Assembly (NCBI GenBank): GCA_017991635.1
Contig: JAGOQE010000002.1
Location: forward strand, 100,237 to 164,236
From: Minisyncoccota bacterium
GTDB taxonomy: Bacteria > Patescibacteriota > Minisyncoccia > Phycocordibacterales > Phycocordibacteraceae
Direction: 5' to 3'
Length of the DNA stretch: 64,000 bases
Shown here: piece after piece, positions 45,574-55,140 of the stretch
How positions within the stretch are numbered: position 1 is the first letter of the stretch
How the letters are laid out: every line of letters starts with the position of its first letter
Program-made: the position numbers and the translations under genes
The notes under the pieces: model-generated
Told to the model about the DNA's origin: nothing
Databases searched by the model: none
Seen by the model: the letters and a program-made list of their open reading frames with translations, nothing else

Positions 45574-46149
45574 TTAGGCTCCTTGCGGTGCCGGCACGAT
45601 ATCAGTCTTCCCTGCCTTCTTCTCTTCGGTCTTTGGCCGTCTCAGTCGCGGTGTGCAGGCGAGAAAGTAATAGCCGATGAGTATCAGAGGCAACGAGGAG
45701 ATGAGAGCATTATGGAACTTGGTGTGGTCCACAACCAAGTGAGCCGGATTTGCCACCACTGTAGGCACTTCAATGAACAGGGTCGCAAATAAGAGCAGTA
45801 GGTAGAATCTTCTGTTGAAGATGTGCACACCTACGCCGTCACGCAGATTTGGAGGAAGCGTGTCGACGGAGGCCTGCGTGTATCTCACCTCGAGTTTATC
45901 TGCGAGCCTGAAGGCGGTCATAATATCGAACAGCGTTATTAGGACTACCCAGCATCCAATTGCAGGAAGAATCCAGTTTTTATACTGAAAGCTAAACATT
46001 TCATACGTTGCGTAGAGCAACGTAATTGAGCCTAGCGTAAAGAACCATTTTGAGAGTGTGTAACAGAGAGTATTCCAGCGCTTGTGAATCTTAAGCGCCA
46101 GAGGATCGAAGACTTTGTCGATAAGAACTAAATCTATCCATCTAAACAT
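45574..46149 (-). CDS. Membrane protein, unknown function
   Basis: 191 aa, 4 TM helices. Confidence 0.35.
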   Translation of the reverse strand: MFRWIDLVLIDKVFDPLALKIHKRWNTLCYTLSKWFFTLGSITLLYATYEMFSFQYKNWILPAIGCWVVLITLFDIMTAFRLADKLEVRYTQASVDTLPPNLRDGVGVHIFNRRFYLLLLFATLFIEVPTVVANPAHLVVDHTKFHNALISSLPLILIGYYFLACTPRLRRPKTEEKKAGKTDIVPAPQGA

Positions 46150-46243
46150 GTGACCCTCTCGAAAGTTTCTTTTGCAACTTAATCACATATTTTAGTAATG
46201 TAAAGAAGAACGGGCGCTGACCAGTGGTCAGCGCCCGCATCTT

Positions 46244-46660
46244 TCACAGCAGTGGCTCAAACTCTCCGTAGAGAACTCGCCACTTGTGGTCAAGAGAGAT
46301 TTCCTTGCCGGCAGTGTCAGGAAATCCGTTCCAGATTTCATACTTGAGCGTCATGAAGACTGCATTTAAAAGCGCGTCAGTGATGTAGATGTGACGAATT
46401 CGTTCATTCCGCAGTTCAGTCCTTCTTGGTCTGTGGTCTGCGTGCAGTACTTCGATGAGCGCCATTCGCCGTTCTTCTAGGCGAATCCAGAGTGTGTACA
46501 GACGCTTTATTTGCGGAGTTGCATACCCTGCGACGTAACTTGTGGGCGGACCTTGCTTTGCCGGTGGCTTGAACTGTTCTTCAGAGATTCCAAAGAGCTC
46601 GGACAAGATGTTTTCAGGTAGTGCATAGGACACGAGTCGGTCCTTTAGATCTACTCCCAT
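46244..46660 (-). CDS. Hypothetical protein
   Basis: 138-aa ORF, last gene of a long minus-strand operon. Confidence 0.3.
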   Translation of the reverse strand: MGVDLKDRLVSYALPENILSELFGISEEQFKPPAKQGPPTSYVAGYATPQIKRLYTLWIRLEERRMALIEVLHADHRPRRTELRNERIRHIYITDALLNAVFMTLKYEIWNGFPDTAGKEISLDHKWRVLYGEFEPLL

Positions 46661-46717
46661 TATTCCCTCCCCTTACTTCCATCAAGGATAGTACGCTTCT
46701 TTTACGTAATTTCAATT

Positions 46718-47383
46718 TCACCAAGAGATAGGCGTACATTGATGCTCGGACAAGTATGCATTGGTTCTACTAAAGGGTTTTGAGCCAAAAAATCCACCAT
46801 GCGCCGACAATGGAGATGGGTGCGCTGACTCAATAACTAGATGTTTACTTCTATCAATTCTCGCACCCTTAGACTTTGCGTAGTTACCCCACAGTATAAA
46901 AACGAGATGCTCTTTCTCTCTAGAGAGTGTCTCAATCACGCTGTCCGTAAATTGTTCCCAACCCTTTCCTTGATGAGAACCAGGCTCTCCTTTCGCCACT
47001 GTAAGCGTGCTGTTAAGGAGTAAGACACCCTGCTTTGCCCAAGGAGATAAATCCCCGCTCCTGTCCTTGGTCACTGTACCTACATCGCTTTCGAGTTCCT
47101 TCCATATGTTCTTTAGGGAAGGTGGAATGCGCACTTGAGCCGGGACTGAAAACGAAAGACCCATTGCCTGTCCCTCACCGTGATACGGGTCCTGACCAAG
47201 CAGGACGACTCGCACAGAGTCAAAGGGAGTTTCGACAAAGGCACGAAATACATCAGTCGGTTTTGGGTACACTGACTTCGACAGGTACTCACTGCGTACA
47301 AACTCACGCAGTTCCTTGAAATATTCCTTCTCTAACTCGTTGGCTAGGTGTAGTTTCCAGCTCTCATGAAGTTGGATATCCAT
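46718..47383 (-). CDS. ung: Uracil-DNA glycosylase (family 1)
   Basis: 'VVLLGQDPYHGEGQAMGLSFSV' and 'GVLLLNSTLTV' motifs. C-terminal 'HPSPLSA'. Confidence 0.85.
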   Translation of the reverse strand: MDIQLHESWKLHLANELEKEYFKELREFVRSEYLSKSVYPKPTDVFRAFVETPFDSVRVVLLGQDPYHGEGQAMGLSFSVPAQVRIPPSLKNIWKELESDVGTVTKDRSGDLSPWAKQGVLLLNSTLTVAKGEPGSHQGKGWEQFTDSVIETLSREKEHLVFILWGNYAKSKGARIDRSKHLVIESAHPSPLSAHGGFFGSKPFSRTNAYLSEHQCTPISW

Positions 47384-47392
47384 TCCTGCATT

Positions 47393-47656
47393 CTACACGT
47401 GCGCGCCTTCAGCCTTAAGCAAGGCACGTTTCTGTGCTTCTCCGCCACGGTTATATGCGCCAAGTGAGCCATCAGACTTGATGACGCGGTGACAGGGCAC
47501 TTCGGGGTCAAAGTTGTTTTTCATGACCGTGCCCACTGCACGTCCGGCTCCCGGCCGACCAATAGCGGCGGCGACCTCTCCGTATGAACGAGTCTCTCCT
47601 TTTGGGATTTGCTTTACGGCATCTCTCACTAGTTTTGCAAAAGACGTGTCAGTCAT
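47393..47656 (-). CDS. MGMT-family protein (methylated-DNA-protein-cysteine methyltransferase DNA-binding/active-site domain only)
   Basis: 'VPCHRVIKSDGSLGAY' PCHR active-site motif. About 87 aa from MTDTSFAKL. Confidence 0.7.
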   Translation of the reverse strand: MTDTSFAKLVRDAVKQIPKGETRSYGEVAAAIGRPGAGRAVGTVMKNNFDPEVPCHRVIKSDGSLGAYNRGGEAQKRALLKAEGAHV

Positions 47657-47657
47657 G

Positions 47658-48431
47658 CTACTTCTTTGTGTGGAGCTCCATGAGCTTTTGTCCTGCAACT
47701 TTTCGGTACTCGCAGTACTCACAATCAACAGACGCTTTTGGAATTGCGTCCTCTTCCAAAAGTTTCTTCATTTCAATTAACGTGCCCGATACCCACGAAT
47801 CATCTCCAACGTGTGGAAGTATGGTGATATCAAACTCAAGCATGGCATCAAAGGAGTCTTTGTCGTTTCTTCCGTTTGCGTACACAAAGTATGCAATAGG
47901 TGAGACGTCAAAACCATTTCCTCTAAAAAGCCACTGGTAGATTTCTACCTGACGCTTGTAGCTGTTCTTCCACTCATCATCAAGCGTTACCTCGGCCTTC
48001 CCAGCTGTTGCTTTGTAGTCAACCACATGAAGTTCGCCCTTACTGTTCTGCCACACGTCGTCAACACCTCCCCGTAGAATTATGTTTGATTCCTCATGGT
48101 GCACCTTCACACCGCGCTTGAGTGCGTCGCGCCACTCTTCCATACGCTCATCCTTAAAGGGAATGGCATCAATTTTGTACTGCTTCATCAAGGGGTGCGC
48201 CTCACCTTTTTCTCTAAGTATGTCGAACTCTTTCTTAAAGAGCTCGTCGACGGCGTTATTGAGGGTGAATGGGAAACTTGAAGGGCGTCCTATACCGTAG
48301 CGCTGGTCCATCCAAAAACAGCGCTTACATTCAGTGAAAAGCTCAACTTTAGAGCGAGAAAGCGTATGTGGCTCCTTCTGTCCTTTCTTGTACCAGCTCT
48401 TCTCCCAGCGAACTTTATATCCAAATGCCAT
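47658..48431 (-). CDS. Cas4-like PD-(D/E)xK nuclease with Cys cluster (DUF83 / RecB-family)
   Basis: 257 aa. N-terminal 'CKRC', C-terminal 'CEYCEY' cysteines. 'ELHVVDYKAT' D/ExK core. Confidence 0.5.
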   Translation of the reverse strand: MAFGYKVRWEKSWYKKGQKEPHTLSRSKVELFTECKRCFWMDQRYGIGRPSSFPFTLNNAVDELFKKEFDILREKGEAHPLMKQYKIDAIPFKDERMEEWRDALKRGVKVHHEESNIILRGGVDDVWQNSKGELHVVDYKATAGKAEVTLDDEWKNSYKRQVEIYQWLFRGNGFDVSPIAYFVYANGRNDKDSFDAMLEFDITILPHVGDDSWVSGTLIEMKKLLEEDAIPKASVDCEYCEYRKVAGQKLMELHTKK

Positions 48432-48434
48432 AGG

Positions 48435-49274
48435 TTATACGTTAGTTTTTGATGAGCACAGCGCGTCTGCTTCAGCTAAGATGGCACCCACACGCTCAGG
48501 AGTAATATTCATTTTGCGAAGCAACTCTTTGTGCTGGCGTAGACCCTCGCACGTAACGATATCTTCATCAATAAGAAGTCGCTTCTCAGACTTCTTAAGG
48601 AGCGTGAGTGCGGTTATAGGATACAGACCACTCGCCACTATTCTGTCGTACAGGTTGCCCTCTGCAGGGTAACTCCACCCAAGTAGCTCAAGACCAGCAC
48701 ATGACGCGTACTGAATGGCGTGTGAGGTGAACTTGGTGTTAGTGATAAGCATGCCGTGAGTGACTGGACAGGTTTGTAGGTGTGGCTCGCAGTTCCAGAT
48801 GTCATCCATGCGTGCCTTTACATACAGCGCCACTTTAACGTCTGTTTTGTAGCTTGGGTCGTTGTGGTATTTAAGCTCGGCAGCCAGAGTCTCCTCTCCA
48901 CGTTTAGCATAGACGTCAACCTCATGGGGTACGCACTTACCTGGAATTTCACGTCGCCACTCAACTACCCAACCTTCGTGCTTAAACAGCTCAGCAACAA
49001 AATTTTCAAAAGGGTGTCCTGTGGGACCAAACTCAAAGAGTGCTCGACGAAGTGAGTAGCGAGCGGCAGCCTCACGCGCGTCGTGGCGAAGCATGGTGAA
49101 TGCCCGTCTGTAAATTTCGTTTGAAGCGGTGTTTGGTGCAATAGATGCTTCAATCGTGTGACGAATGCGTTCAGCAGTGCCTTGGCTCGCCCCTGCCTTA
49201 CGTAGAGATGCCTCAAGTTTAAGTCCATTAAACTCCTCAATCGTACCGTCAGTTTTAAGAATGGTTGGTCCCAT
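48435..49274 (-). CDS. ATP-cone domain fused to Mrr-like restriction-endonuclease catalytic domain
   Basis: N-terminal 'ILKTDGTIEEFNGLKL' ATP-cone. 'FENFVAELFKHEGWVV...HEVDVYA...AELKYH' Mrr_cat-like PD-(D/E)xK region. Confidence 0.45.
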   Translation of the reverse strand: MGPTILKTDGTIEEFNGLKLEASLRKAGASQGTAERIRHTIEASIAPNTASNEIYRRAFTMLRHDAREAAARYSLRRALFEFGPTGHPFENFVAELFKHEGWVVEWRREIPGKCVPHEVDVYAKRGEETLAAELKYHNDPSYKTDVKVALYVKARMDDIWNCEPHLQTCPVTHGMLITNTKFTSHAIQYASCAGLELLGWSYPAEGNLYDRIVASGLYPITALTLLKKSEKRLLIDEDIVTCEGLRQHKELLRKMNITPERVGAILAEADALCSSKTNV

Positions 49275-49275
49275 A

Positions 49276-49674
49276 CTACGGTGCTGGTACCTTCGTACCG
49301 TTTACATACACTTCAACCGCGGCACCCTCTGGAGCATCTACCGTGACTTTGAAATCGCCCTCCTTAGGTATTTCAAGACAGATACCCTCATCTGGTGGTA
49401 CTGACACGGAAACACGCACGGTACCGTTTTCAAACACTCCCGCGCTTTCAATGCGATGGCACTGATTTGGAAGCTCTATGGTGCCGGTAACTGTATACGT
49501 GCCTTTACTGAACGAGCTTGCGTACGTTGCGTGATAAGGACTTGTTGTCGCGTCGTCTTCAAGTAGTGCACGTCGTTGCGCTGTAGGTGCATAGAGTGTC
49601 TGGTACGACACTAAAAGTCCAAGTACAAGCACCACTAAGCCGGTGCCGATAGCGAGCAATGTTCTACGCCTCAT
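49276..49674 (-). CDS. Membrane-anchored/secreted small protein, unknown function
   Basis: 132 aa. N-terminal TM/signal anchor. β-rich. Confidence 0.35.
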   Translation of the reverse strand: MRRRTLLAIGTGLVVLVLGLLVSYQTLYAPTAQRRALLEDDATTSPYHATYASSFSKGTYTVTGTIELPNQCHRIESAGVFENGTVRVSVSVPPDEGICLEIPKEGDFKVTVDAPEGAAVEVYVNGTKVPAP

Positions 49675-50713
49675 GTCTGTCTATAATACCACCTCCAATT
49701 ACCTGCTCGCCGTTATAAAAAACAATTGATTGTCCTGGTGCAGAGTGCTCACTTGCTGGTAGGGATGGGAGAAATACGTTCTTTAGAGTGTCGAGCGCTC
49801 CCACTGTGCGCGGTCCGTGGTAGCGAGTCTGTGCCACAACCTCCTCGTTGTCGTAAGGTGTCGTGAACCAGTTCGGAGAATCAAACGATATACCTTCTGT
49901 GCTTGCTGGTATTGCCGTAGAGGAAACTATGAGGGTATTTGTTGGTATGTCCTTTGAGACTACGTACCACGCATGTTCCAAACCTCCCAAACGCACCTTC
50001 TGTCCTGCCGTGTAGAGCAAGACGCCATCATGAGTTCCAACGTGTGTACCGTCACTAGTTAGCGCATTACCCGGCTTCTCACCAAATTCATTTCTAAGAA
50101 AATCAGGAACAGAAATAGAACCAAGAAAACAGATGCCCTGACTGTCACGCTTTGATGAGACGGGAAGCCTTGCTTCAAGAGCAATTCTACGAGTTACCGC
50201 CTTCTCTTGATTCCCTACTGGAAAGAGCGTTTCCTTGAGGATGTCTTGTGATACAGCCCAGAGGAAGTAACTCTGATCCTTACTGCTATCAATACCGCGC
50301 ATAAGTACGCCTTCTTTTGAAGCGCGCGCATAGTGCCCTGTGGCGAGATAGTCATACCCTTCACGCACACGGTACTCATGTAGTACACCAAACTTTACTT
50401 CCCTGTTGCACATGACGTCTGGGTTTGGGGTTCGTCCCTTCTTATACTCTTCAACGAGGTAGTCGATAACTCCCGCCTTGTATGCTTCGCCCGCGTCTAG
50501 AGTATGAAAAGGAATAGAGAGGTGCGCTGCAACTCGAAGGGCATCGGCACGCTCTTCTCTCCATGTGCACGGCATTCCTTCAGGGTACCAACCCTTCACA
50601 AAGACGCCTGATACCTCGGCACCAGCTTTTTTAAGTAGGTATGCGGATACGGCAGAGTCTACTCCGCCTGAAAGTCCAACTAATACGCGCTTTCCCCGCA
50701 CATCGTGCTCCAT
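49664..50713 (-). CDS. mnmA: tRNA-specific 2-thiouridylase MnmA
   Basis: PP-loop 'VLVGLSGGVDSAVSAY'. Conserved Cys residues. 349 aa. Confidence 0.85.
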   Translation of the reverse strand: MEHDVRGKRVLVGLSGGVDSAVSAYLLKKAGAEVSGVFVKGWYPEGMPCTWREERADALRVAAHLSIPFHTLDAGEAYKAGVIDYLVEEYKKGRTPNPDVMCNREVKFGVLHEYRVREGYDYLATGHYARASKEGVLMRGIDSSKDQSYFLWAVSQDILKETLFPVGNQEKAVTRRIALEARLPVSSKRDSQGICFLGSISVPDFLRNEFGEKPGNALTSDGTHVGTHDGVLLYTAGQKVRLGGLEHAWYVVSKDIPTNTLIVSSTAIPASTEGISFDSPNWFTTPYDNEEVVAQTRYHGPRTVGALDTLKNVFLPSLPASEHSAPGQSIVFYNGEQVIGGGIIDRHEA

Positions 50714-50739
50714 ACGGGCACTATAGCGCAGACTCGAAC

Positions 50740-51738
50740 TTAATCTAAGTAGAGTTCTCGGTTTCGCTTGTGTTCTTCAAACGTTCTCGCGTAGTACATA
50801 AAGCCGTCACGTCCGGTGAGGTAGTACATAAAGGAGGTCTTTTCTGGCGTGAGTGCTGCTTCAAGGGATTCCAGTGAAGGGTTCGCTATCGGGCCTGGTG
50901 GAAGTCCTGTGACACGGTACGTGTTGTATGGAGAGCCTGATTCAAGATCATCCCCCGTTGGTGTGTAGCCAGAGCGACCAAGGATGTAGCCAAACACTGC
51001 GTCAATTTGAAGACGCATATCTATCTTTAGTCGGTTCATAATAATTCCCGCAACACGTTGCTTGTCAGGAAGTCCTCGCGCTTCCTTTTCTAGAAGAGAA
51101 GCGAGAATAATAATTTCTTTTTTCGAGAGGTTGCTTGAGTGATTTTCAAATAGCGTAGCGGTCTTCTCGTTAAATGTGTCGGTGAGCAGTGTCACCACCT
51201 CCGCTTCAGGAGTTCCTGGAAGGATAAAGTACGTGTCAGGAAAGAGCATGCCCTCATACGGCTTTGCTAACGCAACAAAGGCTTCTTCTGAAAAGTCAGG
51301 CAGTACTTTTGCAAGCGTCTCACCCATTTCCTTTGCAGTCATGCCTTCAATAAGGGTGACTCGTACTCCAGTAATTCCATACTCGCCATGAGCAATACGA
51401 CTCGCAATAGTTACGGCTGAAACAGGTGTCTCAAAATAGTACTTACCTGCCTTAATCTCGGTACCGTTGCCCCCTAATCGAGTAATCATTTCTAGTACTA
51501 GGGCACTTCTCACCACCTGATGTTCCTTCAAGGAACGCGAGGCACTTTCAAGCGTCGCACCCTCATCAATGGTTATCAACTTGTGTGTTGGGAATGCATT
51601 TGGCGGTGATACGTACCATAACGCGACAAGTAGAGGGACTGCACAAACGAGAACGACAACGTAGTGCTTCCAGGTACCGCGTACGTGTTCAGTACAAGCA
51701 AGCGTTATCGCCTTCAGGTAGTCAGATATGCCTATCAT
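50740..51738 (-). CDS. mltG: Endolytic murein transglycosylase MltG (YceG-like)
   Basis: N-terminal TM, then YceG domain with 'YRVTGLPPGPIANPSLESLEAAL' and 'FMYYL' blocks. Confidence 0.8.
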   Translation of the reverse strand: MIGISDYLKAITLACTEHVRGTWKHYVVVLVCAVPLLVALWYVSPPNAFPTHKLITIDEGATLESASRSLKEHQVVRSALVLEMITRLGGNGTEIKAGKYYFETPVSAVTIASRIAHGEYGITGVRVTLIEGMTAKEMGETLAKVLPDFSEEAFVALAKPYEGMLFPDTYFILPGTPEAEVVTLLTDTFNEKTATLFENHSSNLSKKEIIILASLLEKEARGLPDKQRVAGIIMNRLKIDMRLQIDAVFGYILGRSGYTPTGDDLESGSPYNTYRVTGLPPGPIANPSLESLEAALTPEKTSFMYYLTGRDGFMYYARTFEEHKRNRELYLD

Positions 51739-53150
51739 TATGTAGGAAGGTTAGAAGGAGCACCGCCAGTCTGTGACTGGATACGAGGGAGTGATGGTGT
51801 TGCGACGGTTGCTGAAGGTACATGGAAGAGCGTAGCTAGCTCCTCAGTGCTCATGACAGCCCAGTCTCCGGTATAGGGTGGGTGGAAGAACGCACGACGT
51901 CGGTACGCGTCAATCATCTTGTGCATTGCATGAGCCTCGTGATGTCCGTGTGGGTCTTCCCAAGGGAATCCCTGAATGTAGTTTGACCACACTGGCCCTA
52001 CTGATAGCGAGTTCAGATCCTCTGAGTTAAAGGCCTTGAACAAGCTCACTAGAAACGCACCATTAATTCCCTGATATGCCTCAGCGGGTGCTGTGTAAAT
52101 GGCACGAATGCCGGTGTCAAAGGCGAGCTTTCCGACGTTTCTATCAATCGCTGCCATCTTCTCCATTTGTCCTTTTGTAGGGTTTGGGAAGCCTTTACCC
52201 TTAATGGTCTTTCCGCTGACTGGATCCACGTATGAATTGTCTGGAGTCGCCTCATCACGAAGGTCATTGATCAAATCTTGAGCCTCATCTTTCCAGTTAG
52301 ACATTGGTTTCCCTTTCTTGTTGAACTTTCCTTTATACTTTTCGCTCTTATGTGTGCGAATAATAATCTGAATCCATAGTTGTTCCTTCGGTCCAAGAGA
52401 GCCAAGCAATTCAATTACTTGCGCAAGAGGATCCACCTGCTCTTCAGGCTTTGAAGGCTTATCAAGACCAAATTCAACATACGTTCTAATTGGAAGAGGT
52501 TGTGGTTGTGTCTTTACGTAGTCAAAACCAGTCACTTGATTTGGCTCGTGCGCCGGATCAATGAGCCGGCTGTAGTCTTCCACTTCAATGAGCTCCATGC
52601 CGGGATACTGTGCGTACAGCGCGCTTTCAATAGCTCTTCGAAATACGTCTCTGGTCCAAATGTAAAAATGGACACGCCCGCCGATTGAAGCGATTTCAAG
52701 CGAGTACCAGGGACGCGTGTTTCCTAAAATACTTCTCTTCCACCAAATGGCCTCTCCAGGACCAATGTGCATTGCAGAAATTACACTCTCCATCGCCGAA
52801 ACGGTTTTCATGGTGTCTCGAGGAAGACGAAGCTCAAGGAGAATGTGATTTTGAGTAGCGTTGTACGCAACTTTTTGTGTAAGAATAAATTGAGCGTGGG
52901 CCCACTTAACTAATATGAATGGTACCCAGAGTGGTGAGAGAAAAAGTAGTACTGAAAAGTTATGTAGGGATTGATACGGTGCAATGAAGAAGAAGAGTAC
53001 GATAGCAACACTGAAAGCAATAATGAGCGGACGTGCATAGATGTGCGTACCGCGCTCAAAGTGCGCTTCGTGGAGCATGTGCTCAATGAAGTGAAGTCCA
53101 GGAAGACCTCCTCCTCCGTGTCCGCCAGATGACATATGCAAAGTATACAA
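51738..53150 (-). CDS. Large membrane-anchored hypothetical protein
   Basis: 470 aa. Gly/His-rich N-terminus, two TM helices, large soluble domain. No motif recognised. Confidence 0.35.
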   Translation of the reverse strand: MYTLHMSSGGHGGGGLPGLHFIEHMLHEAHFERGTHIYARPLIIAFSVAIVLFFFIAPYQSLHNFSVLLFLSPLWVPFILVKWAHAQFILTQKVAYNATQNHILLELRLPRDTMKTVSAMESVISAMHIGPGEAIWWKRSILGNTRPWYSLEIASIGGRVHFYIWTRDVFRRAIESALYAQYPGMELIEVEDYSRLIDPAHEPNQVTGFDYVKTQPQPLPIRTYVEFGLDKPSKPEEQVDPLAQVIELLGSLGPKEQLWIQIIIRTHKSEKYKGKFNKKGKPMSNWKDEAQDLINDLRDEATPDNSYVDPVSGKTIKGKGFPNPTKGQMEKMAAIDRNVGKLAFDTGIRAIYTAPAEAYQGINGAFLVSLFKAFNSEDLNSLSVGPVWSNYIQGFPWEDPHGHHEAHAMHKMIDAYRRRAFFHPPYTGDWAVMSTEELATLFHVPSATVATPSLPRIQSQTGGAPSNLPT

Positions 53151-53188
53151 GACAAAACAAAAAGAAGACCCATGCAGGGTCTTCTTTT
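53148..53188 (-). terminator. Intrinsic terminator downstream of the σ70-r4 protein gene
   Basis: AAAGAAGACCC-TGCAT-GGGTCTTCTTT with flanking T-run on the minus strand. Confidence 0.5.
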
Positions 53189-53201
53189 TGTGAGTAGTCG
53201 T

Positions 53202-54275
53202 TTAGAGAACGGTGTAGGTGCCGTCCTTCTGGCGCTTGAAGTAGCGCGTGTCGTTTAGGTTTACCAAAATAGTATTATCCTTTACGTAACGAACCTTCTT
53301 CACCGCTTCAATCACTTCGTCCTTGGTAAGTGCCTTCTTCACGAGGGCGCTCTTGATAACGTCGCGAACGACGCCTGGCTGATATCCCCACTCCGAAAGA
53401 GCGTAGAGTCCACGACCAACAAGTACAAAGCGACTGTCCTTGATGAGTTCGTTGTGTGTGGTTGCTACATGAGCTTCCTTTGCAAAAAGAGTGGTAATTG
53501 CTTTTGCTACATCACCAAAGTGCATTGGCTCACCTGCACGCTTGATAACGAGGTACGCGTAATCACGAATACCCTTCGTGCGAATAGCTGGTGCTGATGA
53601 TTTGCCCCATTCCGCGAGTGGGTTTGCACTGATAGATTTTGAAAGAGAAAGCCAACGCTTAAGAATTTCCTCCTCTTTGTACGCGTCATTCACATCCTTA
53701 AGTTCTTCGAGGAAGCGCTCAATGATTTCTCCTTCAGCAAGTACTTCTGAGTCAGAGAGAGATGAGTAGAGACGAGTGAGGGCTCGGTGCACAATGTCTG
53801 CAGTTCCCTTATCAACATGCCAACGTGAGTAGAACTCATCGGTCTCGCGCTCACGGAAAAAGCTCGAACCTACGACAAGGAGAAAACGAATACGGTTCTT
53901 GCTCTTCTCATCTTTTGCAAAACGAGCGAGGAGTTCCTCTTCGTGCACAATGCCGCCTAGAGTACGAATGGCATTAGCGAGCTCTTCAAGCTCAGGCTCA
54001 GCATCCTCAAACGACTTTCCAGCACGAACAGCTTCAATGCCGGCTGCCTCAATCTGGCGAACACGCTCACGGGTAATACCCCAACGCTCCCCAATTGCTT
54101 CAAGGGTCTCACGAGAAGCACTGGTGCCAAGACCAAAGCGGAAGGTAAGTACTTCACGGGCACGTTCAGGCACTTCAGAGAGAAGGCGCTTTACGAGCGC
54201 TTGTGTATCAAAAGAAAGTTCCATTCCTCCCTTGAGTGGCTTTTTTGCTGTTTTTGTAACCGTTTTCTTAGGCAT
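53202..54275 (-). CDS. Sigma-70 region-4 (HTH) domain protein with large C-terminal domain of unknown function
   Basis: 'REVLTFRFGL...TLEAIGERWGITRERVRQIEAAGI' σ70 region 4 signature near the N-terminus. No regions 2/3. Confidence 0.5.
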   Translation of the reverse strand: MPKKTVTKTAKKPLKGGMELSFDTQALVKRLLSEVPERAREVLTFRFGLGTSASRETLEAIGERWGITRERVRQIEAAGIEAVRAGKSFEDAEPELEELANAIRTLGGIVHEEELLARFAKDEKSKNRIRFLLVVGSSFFRERETDEFYSRWHVDKGTADIVHRALTRLYSSLSDSEVLAEGEIIERFLEELKDVNDAYKEEEILKRWLSLSKSISANPLAEWGKSSAPAIRTKGIRDYAYLVIKRAGEPMHFGDVAKAITTLFAKEAHVATTHNELIKDSRFVLVGRGLYALSEWGYQPGVVRDVIKSALVKKALTKDEVIEAVKKVRYVKDNTILVNLNDTRYFKRQKDGTYTVL

Positions 54276-54336
54276 AAATATGAATAGTATGTCAACTACT
54301 TATACCAGATTGTGCAAATAACGTCAAACAGGCCTT

Positions 54337-55020
54337 TTACACAGGCTCAGGGAGAACGGCACAGAGGTGTAAGAGAATCATTTTCACTGGCGCCGAGCGC
54401 TCACTTAGAAGCGGTAGGAGTGTTGCGAGTTCTGAAAGAAGCAGTATTCGCTCCCCTTCTTCCGCTTCCACCTCACGATTACGTACGGATAGTGTTATTT
54501 CCTCCACGAGTTCACGAATACGTGTCCTTGTTGCCCGTTTGTCCTCGTCAGTCCCTGTACGAGCCTTCTCTGACAATTTCTCAGCGTATGCGACCCGCTC
54601 TTTTTTAGAGAGGGTAAGAAATGAGCGTGTCTCTTCACTCACGGCTTGATGTTCTCTTTCCTTGCGCTGTTCGCGTACGAGACGCGAGAGTATTGTGGGT
54701 AAAAGTGTTGCCTCACTTGGTACTGAAAGCACAAGGCATACCGCCTCTGCAGGCTCTTCAAGTAGTTTAAGGAAGGCATTCTGCGCTTCGGCAAAGAAAC
54801 GCTCTGCTCGGATAATAACTACACGCACAGGAGCTCGAACAGGGCCTTCAGCAAGGAGTGTCCGTAACGCACGAACATCTTCAATAGAGAGCCCCGTGTA
54901 GGAGAGTACCGTTATGTCAGAACTTTCCTTGTAGACTTCACCAGTCTGGTGTTCAGCGTAGGCAATTGCGCGTGCGAGTGCCTCGTCAGTCCTTCCTGTT
55001 ATAAGTCTGCTTTCTCCCAT
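54337..55020 (-). CDS. DNA polymerase III delta-prime-like (HolB-like AAA+ lid/C-terminal part, no Walker A)
   Basis: 'RVVIIRAERFFAEAQNAFLKLLEEPAEAVCLVL...TILSRL' matches the clamp-loader δ' sensor-1/2 region. The longer ORF to 55116 has no Walker A. Confidence 0.45.
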   Translation of the reverse strand: MGESRLITGRTDEALARAIAYAEHQTGEVYKESSDITVLSYTGLSIEDVRALRTLLAEGPVRAPVRVVIIRAERFFAEAQNAFLKLLEEPAEAVCLVLSVPSEATLLPTILSRLVREQRKEREHQAVSEETRSFLTLSKKERVAYAEKLSEKARTGTDEDKRATRTRIRELVEEITLSVRNREVEAEEGERILLLSELATLLPLLSERSAPVKMILLHLCAVLPEPV

Positions 55021-55055
55021 ATGCCTACAGCATACCGCATGCGCGAATATGTACA

Positions 55056-55084
55056 TTGACATTTCCACATATTTGGTATATAAT
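55056..55084 (+). promoter_or_regulatory. Consensus σ70-type promoter (TTGACA-17nt-TATAAT) upstream of the GC-rich exported gene
   Basis: TTGACA at 55056-61, 17-nt spacer, TATAAT at 55079-84. SD AAAGGAG and GTG start follow at 55141. Confidence 0.4.
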
Positions 55085-55140
55085 GTATGTAGAGTACAGT
55101 TCCGCCATTTGGCCACAACGCAAGCTCAAAGGAGCCACTC

